Source: Octopus sinensis (taxonomy: Eukaryota). Taken from it: 64,000 nt of DNA. Position numbers and translations under genes: made by a program. The stretch covers positions 34,968,001 through 35,032,000 of the forward strand of contig NC_042999.1 of assembly GCF_006345805.1 (NCBI RefSeq). The letters run 5' to 3'. Shown here one piece after another: positions 52,453-64,000 of the stretch (positions within the stretch are counted from its first letter, which is position 1; the number at the start of each line of letters is the position of its first letter). The notes beneath the pieces are model-generated. The model worked only from the letters and a program-made list of their open reading frames with translations. It had not been told where the DNA came from and made no database searches.

Positions 52453-53919
52453 CAAGACAAATAGACAGATAGATAAATGTGTGTGTATGTATGTTTGTGT
52501 ACACACACGCACCGAACACATAGATATGCAGATCGAAATTTAAAAGCTATTTTACGTATTTTCAGTCGCAAGAATGCGGCTATGCAGAGGCTCTACCTCG
52601 AAAGATTTAGTCGATCAGATCGAACCCAGTACTTTAAGTTTGGTCCTTATTGTCTCGGGTCCTTTTCCGACCTGCTAATTCTCTCATCTCTGTCGTCCCA
52701 TAGGACGCCCCAACTGCTGAGTGACAAGGATATAATCAAACCAATTCTGGTTATCAAGTGGTGAGGGACGTATGTACATATATGTGTGGGGGCGTGTGTG
52801 TAGAGAGAAAGAGAGTATGAAAGAGGTGAGAGAGCCAGGTTCATACTTAGGTTTTCAATAAAACAACATTAAGAAAAAATCCCAAAACTGAACCCCTGCA
52901 TATTTGTGGGTACCATTTTATTAGAATGAACAATGAGTCTCTGGTGTAAAGCCTATAGTTCAAATATTTAACTATTATTTACTTTTGCTTGTTACAGCAT
53001 ATTTAAATGTAAATGCTTGGAGAGTCGATGTGTGTGACATACATCAACCCTCTAATTGCGTTTCTTTCAAAATTCCTATAGCGACGCAGAGTGGCGACAT
53101 GTTTACATTTAATCAGTAGGAAACGCATAGACATGAAACTGCACCACAGGCGGTTAGAAACTTTCGTAACGTAATTATGATGTCTTCATATTCAGATACT
53201 AATTTGGACAGAGATTCTTATGTCTAAGCAGTTCTTTTAATTTGAGAGCACTGCTCAAACAGTTTCCTTCAGGAATAGGTAGATGTTCGTGAAAACATGT
53301 TTGTTACTTTGTTGCAAGTGATGTTAGTTCAATAAGCCTTAACGAGCATATTTACAATGACATTACTGAATATACGGGAAAGGGCAAACCACTCGTAACT
53401 TCTGATGCGAAAATTTTAGAAGCTCCCTGAACAATCGTTTATCTAGTTGCCAACAAGTTAGAATAGTGTTCGTAGAGATAGCATCACTCTCTGAAACGTG
53501 TTGGATGAAGCGGGTGTGTTGGTGTTTTGGGTGCGGTTGTGACTATTGCCGAATTGATTGTTCACAGTGTTTCGTAGCTGATGCTATCGTTGCATCAGCT
53601 GCGAAACTGTCTCATTTTTTTTTTTTCTGAAAACAAAATAGGATCTAAATTTTGTATATAAAATTCGTAACTTTTCGCTCAAGGCAAAATCTTATTGACA
53701 GTAATGTTGAATCAGTTAATGAAAGATATTTGCTACTCGGTGCTATCCAAAACAGATCGTAGTTTTAAAATCGAAAAGGGTCCAGTGAACGTGGTCTCCG
53801 CAAGAAAAATTCAAGACATTTTATATCATGTGCTTTTTTCTTTGAAATACTCTTCAGATTGTCTCAGAACGTTGGTTTGTCAGCGAAAATATATTTTATC
53901 TTTTATCTCTTACTTTTTT

Positions 53920-54695
<776 letters not shown>

Positions 54696-54854
54696 AAGCC
54701 ACGCCAGAGAAAATATATGGATGACTGGGTCTCATGGAATGAGCTAATTTAATGGCTATACACACAGGTGTTAAACAGGTCAGTATCTCAACTCCTACCA
54801 TATAGTCAGCATATTTTTGCATGCTTTGTATATGTGATTTTCAGCATTGCGATT

Positions 54855-55081
54855 TCCTCTTGTAGCATTTAAATCGGCCATATCAGGCCCGAATATTGTA
54901 CCTCTTTTATACTCACACTGGCGAAATCCAATCTCTCACACCCACCCTACAATGTCATTTTAAACATAAACAGTTATGCCATCGAAATGTCAAAGCTAGA
55001 AGATGATGCAGGGTGAATTTAAAATTATGTCAATAAATAAGTATTACATTGGGAAGAGTAATCTGAATACTAAAGGGATAA
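54855..55081. mobile_element. Possible piggyBac-type MITE
   Basis: Decayed ends cctcttgtagcattt / aatactaaagggataa resemble TTAA-CCCTTTAGCATT termini. Confidence 0.4.
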
Positions 55082-55139
55082 GGTGACAAATTTAGAACAA
55101 TAGGAAACATCTTTATCTGCGAAGAGACAATTGTAAGTC

Positions 55140-55660
55140 TAAGACATTCAAGACATTGAGTTAAGAATTCTTGTACGTAGATGATGCTGATTTTGTAACT
55201 AATACGGAAATATAAAGATCCTCAGTTGTATGTAATGCATTTGGCTTCACAACAATCCTGAAGAAAACAAAGGTAATGTTCACCACAGCACAAAGTCAAA
55301 ACCCTGTATTGAACTAAACATCGTCATGCCTCTCATCAGATTTGAAGTCGTACACACTTCTTATGTCTAGAAATTACTTGTCAAGAGAAGGTTCTCGAGA
55401 TTCTAAAACCCATCTCATTAATTCATAGAGATTGCATGGCCTTTGATAGAAAATAAATTGAGGTCGTATCGATATTACATCAGATGAACGAAAGTCAGAA
55501 CCTATTAGACGTGTTTCAGCATTGCTTTTGGTTTTTTTCTGAGAGCTGGACAACGTACATCGACACCTTCTGGTTTCAGAGATTTCGTAAACGTTTGAGG
55601 TGCATTTTTGATGTTAAATGGGAGGCATTAGCATAGACATTGTGGTACTACAAAATGTTG
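55140..55660 (+). mobile_element. RTE (BovB-like) RT fragment
   Basis: EFLYVDDADFV and AFGFTTILKKTKVM motifs. Confidence 0.75.
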
Positions 55661-56069
55661 ACTGTTTTACCAGTTACAATTAGTAGTTAAATTTTCTTCA
55701 TACCAAAGTATACTACTAACTTCAACAAAGGATACCTTCTATATATTACTAGGAATACTATGTCTTGGAAAATGTTGTATGGTCATGGCCGGAATGTATT
55801 TGTTGCATTATCAGGGTGAGACCGATTCTAAGCAACAACTTATGCATTCGGATACAAACAATCTTCCAGACGTGCCCCTCTCTATAATAAGCACAACGTT
55901 TACTCTGAATGAAACGCTTCAATTCGAGCAATTGGATAATTATAAACCCATATTTACTTTTACTTGTTACAGTCATGATCCCCAGTACAAGATTTATTAA
56001 AAGCCTGTTATTCATACTGTAGCTCTTTCATTCTGAACCCTAAGTTGCAGTGACATAAACAAACTAACA

Positions 56070-56122
<53 letters not shown>

Positions 56123-56126
<4 letters not shown>

Positions 56127-56345
56127 ATCCAAACAAGAAAACACAGAAAAAACACAGAAAAAAACACAGCAACGCGAGGACGTGGAACAATTAAAGTATT
56201 ATTTGACGCTCAGGAAGGAAGGGAAGGAGGGTTTAACGTTTCGAGCGGAGCTCTTCGTCGGAAACAAGGAGAAGGAAAGATCCCGAGAAGGGAAGACAGA
56301 GGAAAAAAAAATATTTTTGATGGTGGTGCTCAAGAGATCACATGT
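56123..56345 (-). mobile_element. Compact HHR-like element family Z
   Basis: Minus strand GUUU-CCGACGAA-GAGC-UCC-GCUC-GAAA-CG-UU-AAAC at 56231-56265. Confidence 0.8.
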
Positions 56346-56404
56346 TGAAAGAACAGAAGTTGAGAGGTATATATATACATTTTTAAAAAAATAAATGCGA
56401 CCTT

Positions 56405-56642
56405 TTTAAAGCCTAGCTAGGCTTATGGGCCCGGTTTCCCGGTTTCTATGGCGTATGTGTTCCCTAGCTGGACGGGGCGCCAGTCCATCGCAGCTTTACT
56501 CACTTTTGCCAGCTGAATGGACTGGGGCAACGTGAAATGAAGTGTTTTGCTTAAAAACACAGCGTGTCGCCCGGTCCAGGAATCGAAACCACAATCTTAT
56601 GATCATGGTGCTGACACCCTAACCACTAAGCCACGCCCTCCA
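56405..56642 (-). mobile_element. tRNA-derived SINE family D
   Basis: Head ggagggcgtggcttagtggttagg...ggtttcgattcctggaccgggcg; body cgatggactggcgccccgtccag resembles V/Meta-type SINE domains (unverified). Confidence 0.85.
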
Positions 56643-56690
56643 CATATATACATATATGTATATATATATCTATATATATATATATATATA

Positions 56691-56890
56691 CTTTATTAAT
56701 TAAAGCTGCAAAGACATCACAGAAACGGTTACTCAGAGTTTCACGTTCCCGTCCGTCGGATGGGAACGTGAAACTCTGTGTAACAGTTTTTGTGATGTCT
56801 GCAGCTTTATTAATAAAGCATATTGTTCTACCTCCGGTATTCGAGTACTATTTTTTCTACCTTGTTTTACATTTATGTGCTTACTCTGGT
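56691..56890. mobile_element. Fold-back element with HHR-like motif between (TA)n tracts
   Basis: Palindrome 56691-56818 centred on cccgtccgtcggatggg; GAAA-CUCUGAG-UA; tail homolog at 35630-35710. Confidence 0.8.
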
Positions 56891-56906
56891 ATATATACAT
56901 ATATAT

Positions 56907-57738
56907 AGGCTGTGTGTTAGGAAGCTTGCTTCCCAACCACATGGGTCCGAGTCCAGTCCCACTGCATGGCAACTTTGGCAAGTGTCTTCTACTATAGCAT
57001 CAGGCCGACCAAGGCCTTGTGAGAAGATTTGGTAGGCGGAAACTAAAAAAAGCCTGTCGTAGATATGTGTGTGTGTGCGTGTGTTTGTGTATGTATGTAT
57101 GTATGTATGTATGTATGTATGTATGACAAATGCCTTCTGCTCTAGCCTCTGGCTGACTAGGGTTTGTGAGTGGATTTGGTAGACGGAAACTGAAAGAATA
57201 CCGTCCTATTTATATATATATATATATATATATACTAGCAGTATCGCCCGGCGTTGCTCGGGTTTGTAAGGGAAATAACTATATAAGCATTTTTAGAGAC
57301 TTACTTCCCTTATAGATGCCAATTCGGGCTTTCTTAGCCATTTCTGTTTTGGTGTCTTCATGCCATGAAGTCGTTGTTCTAAAAGAACGCTGGTCTCCTT
57401 GACTACGCATTACGACGTTGATTTCTTTACACTCCCTCCCCCCACAGCTTCACGAGGGAGGGAAGGGGGAGAAGCAAACAGGTACAGCTGTGAGCATGGA
57501 CGCCAACTCCGCCGCCATCGACATACGATGCATTTTATGCATTAAAATGGAATAAAAAATGATGTTAAATTATTTTTTTTAAATCGTAGACTCATCGTTG
57601 ACGTGCGCTAATAGCCAGACGGGCTCGATATAAATCACGACTATAAGATACCCGAATTTGGTTAAACTGCACCGCAAAATGTGGGAGGAGTTAGGAATCT
57701 AAATCGAAGGGGACAGACACTCACACAACTAGAGTTTT

Positions 57739-57769
<31 letters not shown>

Positions 57770-57990
57770 TATATATATGCATGTATGTGTCTGTGTTTGC
57801 CCCCACCCTCTGCCATCGCTTGATAACCTATCTTGGTGTGTTTACATCCCCCCAAAATTAGAGGTTCGGCAAAATTGACCGATATAATAAGTACTGGGCT
57901 TACAAAGAATAAGTCTGGGAGTCGATTTTTTCGACTAAAGACAGTGCTCCAGCATGGCCGTCGTCAGTGATTGAAACAAATAAAAGAATA
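56907..57990 (+). mobile_element. SINE family C split by a partial duplication and a Helentron-like insertion
   Basis: Head 56907-57060, repeat 57126-57205, tail 57781-57990. Confidence 0.8.
57234..57740 (+). mobile_element. Non-autonomous Helentron/HINE (Lep1/DINE-1-like) element
   Basis: Begins actagcag with hairpin gcccggcgttgctcggg, ends gacagacactcacacaactagagtttt; (TA)n on both sides, no TSD. Confidence 0.65.
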
Positions 57991-58039
57991 AACGAAGAAA
58001 AGAATATATATATAAATATTCTCTTATATGTTTTAGCCT

Positions 58040-58245
58040 TGTGTGTGTGTATCTATGTTTGTCTTCTCGACAACCGTTGTTGGTGTGTTTACGTTACTGT
58101 AATCTAGCGATCGGTAGAAAGAGACCGATAGAATAAGTACTAGGCTTACAAAAAATAAGTCCTGGAGTCGACTTCTGCGACTAAAAAGCATGCAAGTTGG
58201 TGCTCCAGGGTGGCCGCAGTCAAATGGCAGAAACAAATAAAAGAA
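58040..58245 (+). mobile_element. SINE family C tail
   Basis: gagaccgatagaataagtactaggcttac...gcagtcaaatgg. Confidence 0.8.
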
Positions 58246-58264
58246 TGCATACATACTACATACA

Positions 58265-58300
<36 letters not shown>

Positions 58301-58336
58301 TATAGCTACATGCATACATACATATATATATATATA

Positions 58337-58859
58337 ATATGTGACAATTATTCGGTAGACATGATAAAACTCCGAGTTTCGGATGCCGAGGTGGAAATCC
58401 ACACCGCTGTCTCTTCAGTTATCCGGCCATCGGAAGAATGCTATGAAAAATTACCGTTATACAAAGGGAAATTACTGTGATTGACCGTTATTAAGACAAA
58501 AGAGCTAATCGAATGACCACTAAATAAGGGGAGGGAATAAAGTATAGGGGTAAGAAGTTTATAGTATTCGCGTAAGCGCGCCTGTTCATACCTACACATG
58601 TGCGCCCGCACACCCACTTGCGTACGCCTAATGCTATACATTCATCCACCCTCACTTGAAAACGTATACATCTTCACTCCCATCCTTCGTCAAATGTATA
58701 TGCATATACATACAAACTCACACACGCGCGCATCGCGGCATGCGAAACTTTTATCATGGTTACAGAATACTTGTCACATATTACTTTTACATATAAATTC
58801 CTCTACTTACATAATATCGATGTCTCTTTCTTTCTTTTGTTGTCTTACCGTTTTTATCA

Positions 58860-58860
<1 letters not shown>
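58337..58860. mobile_element. Family X element with inverted arms separated by ~350 bp
   Basis: Arms 58337-58390 and 58735-58860 in opposite orientation; (TA)n on both sides. Confidence 0.75.
58363..58423 (-). ncRNA. Hammerhead ribozyme-like motif (family X)
   Basis: GAUAA-CUGAAGA-G...C-GAAA-CUCGGAG-UU-UUAUC; perfect 5-bp stem I, imperfect stem II base. Confidence 0.72.
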
Positions 58861-58890
<30 letters not shown>

Positions 58891-59068
58891 CAATTGTTTC
58901 TTTAAAGAGGTTTTAATGATATGTGCATTGTTGAGTTGAATCAGTTATGCAGTATGCACGACAATCATAAGATTACGAGATTACGTATTATGTGGCGCAA
59001 CTCTCAACTCATCAGGCTACCGAATAAACAAGAGAGCTGTGGCACGTTGATTAATTGGCAGATCATCT

Positions 59069-59456
59069 CGGAAGCACTCTGTCGGTTACGACGACGAGGG
59101 TTCCTGTTGATCCGAATCAACGGAACAGCCTGCTCGTGAAATTAACGTGTAAGTGGCTGAGCACTCCACAGACACGTGTACCCTTAACGTAGTTCTCGGA
59201 GATATTCAGCGTGACACAGAGAGTGACAAGGCCGGCCCTTTGAAATACAGGTGCAACAGAAACAGGAAGAGAGAGTGAGAGAAAGTTGTGGTGAAAGAGT
59301 ACAGCAGGGATCACCACCATCTCCTGCCGGAGCCTCGTGGAGCTTTAGGTGTTTTCGCTCAATAAACACACACAAACGCACGGTCTGGGGATCGAAACCG
59401 CGATCTTATGACCGCGAGTCCGCTGCCCAAACCACTGGGCCATTGCGCCTCCACTA
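59069..59456 (-). mobile_element. SINE family A, full length
   Basis: 11-bp TSD gcagatcatct (59058-59068, 59457-59467). Confidence 0.95.
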
Positions 59457-59976
59457 GCAGATCATCTAAACGTTAAGTGACAGGACTACAACTCGTCAAT
59501 CAGCGAGCTTGGATAGCAGAGGGATGTTGTAAATTCAAGAACAGCTAATGGAATTTTTATTCCCCCAATGTCATTAAAGTTGGCAATCTCATTCATCAAG
59601 GTTAGTAGCGGCAGAACATGTTTGTATACAGACGGATAGCAAGTACCAAACGTGGCATTTGACCTCAAACGTGAAATTTGACATCAAAACATGTTCAAAG
59701 GCAGCCGCAAACCGTATTCAGTAAGAAAATCATTTACAATGGAATCTGCTTGCTTTGAAGCTTTTTACGTTAATAAAATCCAGCGTTACTTATTCACTAA
59801 TTTTAATCGTAATAAAAGTGTTTGGATTAATTATCACAAAACTAATATAATACTAACATTAATGAATAGAGAATCAGTTAATTATAATCTAAGGAGAATA
59901 ACTTAAAGAAAATCGTAGTTTAGAGTTCTTTCCGCTTTCATATGACAAGAACATTTATGGATCTCCTGTATTCTAC

Positions 59977-60209
<233 letters not shown>

Positions 60210-60984
60210 TATACATATTTATGGATACATGTTGACGACTTCTTTTAGTTTCCGTCTACCAAATCCACTCACAAGGCTTATAGAAGAAGACATTTACCCA
60301 AGACGTCACTCGGTGGGACTGAACCCGGAGGTACGCGGTTCAGAAACAAACTTCTTACATAGACACGCCGAGACGAGATTTTGCCCAAGTCCACAACCAC
60401 CAGCCATAATTGCTCACATTATGATATGTTCATGTTAACGCCTATTTTGAGTGACGCAAATGAAAAGAAATAATTAAAAGCTTGGATTTTAATCGTAATA
60501 AACTCAACCATCACCAGCTGCTTATCGTTATAATATAACGCTCACGTTAACAAATTTGTGAGCACTCCAAAACCAAATTTTATGACAACTATTTCGTCGT
60601 TGCTTTCTCCATCAGGTATTTATTATCAAATTCCATTTCCAGATGGAAAGTAATTGATTTCAAACAACAGGATTTTATTTCATGAAGCCTCAGGTTATTT
60701 GGTCGTTTTCAATATAACAAGCTGTATGGCACCTTCAAGAGATTAAAATTTTCTCCGAACTAGTAGAAATACACAACAGTCTCATAAATATGAACGGTCA
60801 TTCATCCACAGACATACACTTCAACACACATAGATATGCACCCACACGAACACACGCACACATACACATTGACACACACACAAACACACACACACACAAG
60901 GGCACGCACATATATACTCACTTGGTGTTTACTGTCTTACAAAATGACAAACTGTTGGGACTCTCGTCTAATAAATATATTGAT

Positions 60985-61285
60985 GTGATTGTGTTGCAAG
61001 AAGTTTACTTCCCAATCACTTTATTTCGGGTTCAGTCCCATTGCGCGGCACCTTGGGCAATCGTTTTTCTACTATAGGCACGAGCCGACCAAATTTTTGT
61101 TAGTGGATTGATAGTAGGAAACTGACAGATCTTCGTCTGTGAGTGGCAAAAAGGGAACGGTGGAATAGGGAAAACCACGCTTAAAAAGTTTAAGTTCTGG
61201 GATCGATTCATTCGACTAGCAAATTCTTCTACGCGGTACTCCAGAATGACCGCAGTTAAATGACTTAAATATGTAGAAGATAAAA
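60985..61285 (+). mobile_element. SINE family C, diverged
   Basis: gggttcagtcccattgcgcggcaccttgggcaa... Confidence 0.7.
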
Positions 61286-61351
61286 AGTATATTGTAAATA
61301 TAGGGATGGATAGGAAAACATTGGAAGGGATGTGATAATAATAATTAATTA

Positions 61352-61556
61352 TCTTTTCTATTAAAGGCACAAGGCCAGCAATTTCGGGACTGGGGGTGAG
61401 TCGATTAAATCGACCCCAGCACTCAGCTAACTTCATCGACCACGAAATGATGAAAGGCAGATTCGACCTCGGTGAAGTTTGAATTCAGAACGTAAAACGG
61501 ACGAAATGCTGCTAAGCATTTTGCCTGACATGCTAACGACTCTGTCAGCTCGCCGC
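61352..61556 (-). mobile_element. SINE family B
   Basis: Colinear with the 46205 copy. Confidence 0.8.
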
Positions 61557-61559
61557 GTT

Positions 61560-61768
61560 AATAATAATGGTGATAATAATAATAATAATAAGAAGAAGAA
61601 GAAGAAGAAGAAAGAAGAAGAAGAAGAAGAGAGAAGAAGAAGAAGAAAAAGAAGAAGAAAGGAGAGAAGAAGAAGAAGAAGAAGAAGAAGAAGAAGAAGA
61701 AGAAAAGAAAAAGCAGGAGGAGGAGGGGGATCATGACGATGATGATGATGACGACGACGACGACGACT
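61560..61768. repeat. Compound triplet microsatellite (AAT)(AAG)(GAG)(GAT)(GAC)
   Basis: Direct inspection. Confidence 0.95.
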
Positions 61769-61769
61769 G

Positions 61770-62760
61770 AAACTTGCGCAGACTGAAACTGATACTTAAG
61801 TCGAAATTAAACGAACGGAATAAGACTGAAGCTATCAACACCTGGGCGGTTTCACTCCTTAGATATGGAGCAGGGGTAATCGCATGGACAATAAACGAAC
61901 TGAACAGCTTAGACAGAAAGACAAGAAAGTTGCTGACTAAATATGGGGAGCGCTACCCGAGAAGTGACACAGACAGACTGTATGAACCAAGAAAAGAGGA
62001 GGAAGAGGACTGATTGGATGCGAACACAGCATTAGAGCAGAAGAAAACAACATAGTATGGTATGTAAAAAATGCCACAGAACCATTATTATTGGAACTAA
62101 AATCAGGCTTGTGTAGGATGGATGATTGCAACGATAAAGCACTGTACATAGGTGGATAAAGAAAAGAATGCATGCACAATTTCATAGGGATGTTGCAGAT
62201 GAGATAGACAAAGAAAAATTATTCCTATGGATGACTAAGAAACAGAGGCTCTAATCTGTGCTGTCCAAGAGCAAGCACTAAGAACGAATAAAATACAGTT
62301 TAGATAACACATCAGAAAGTGTTAAGTGTAGAATCTGTGGACAAATTGGTGAAGCCGTATGGTATATTACCAGCCAATGTACGCCACTAGCCCAGCAAGC
62401 ATATACGAGACGTCATGACAGTATAGCAACGATTGTCCATTGGACACTTTACAACAAGGATGGACTTGACAGAGCAAAAACGTGGTACGGACATAAACCC
62501 GAAGGTATCATAGAAAATAAAAATGCAAAGATCTTATGGGATTTTATGCTTCAGGAAACCATACATTGTGTTAATTGAGAAAGAAAACAATTGATGCTGG
62601 TTCATAGATATAGCATACCCAACTGACAACAAGATATGCGATAAGGAAGAAATAGATATCGACAGATATGACAGGTTAGCTTGGGAAGTTAAGCAGTTGT
62701 GGTTGATGAAAAAAGTAGTAGTGCCAATACTACTCAGTAGCCCTGAGAATAGTGAATAAA
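61770..62760 (+). mobile_element. R4/Dong-type LINE, 5'-truncated (thumb, CCHC, RLE)
   Basis: LKSKLNERNKTEAINTWAVSLLRYGAGV..W...ELNSLDRKTRKLL, DRLYEPRK(EGGRGL), CRICGQ..E, RRHDSIA, KILWDF, IDIAYP; frameshifted. Confidence 0.9.
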
Positions 62761-62761
62761 A

Positions 62762-64000
<1,239 letters not shown>

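Noticed and set aside
55505-55520. Minus-strand GAAA-CACGUC-UA
   Set aside because: Inside the RTE RT relic; stem III does not close and there is no core.

Overview
AT-rich, repeat-dominated eukaryotic genomic DNA with no intact protein-coding gene that I can support. Most supplied ORFs are microsatellite read-through; the recognisable remainder are transposon relics. The SINE repertoire and the (TA)n/(GATA)n/(CATA)n/(AAT)n load resemble an octopus (coleoid cephalopod) intergenic or intronic region; this is inference from pattern recognition, not a search. Contents: a degenerate, near full-length Penelope-like element (PLE, Naiad-type RT + GIY-YIG, ~200-3318, minus) plus further PLE relics; RTE, R4/Dong-type (RLE) and Tx1-type LINE fragments; mariner, pogo-like and piggyBac-like DNA elements; a Helentron/HINE-like element; and four SINE families, several with exact TSDs. 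The most striking unexplained signal is a dense set of type I minimal hammerhead-ribozyme (HHR) motifs. About 8 have both core strands, 5 are compact non-canonical copies, and several are 3' halves. They sit in short, non-coding, often fold-back (palindromic) elements whose ends abut (TA)n microsatellites, consistent with several retrozyme-like non-autonomous PLE families. Boundaries of decayed elements are approximate. All structures were folded by eye.
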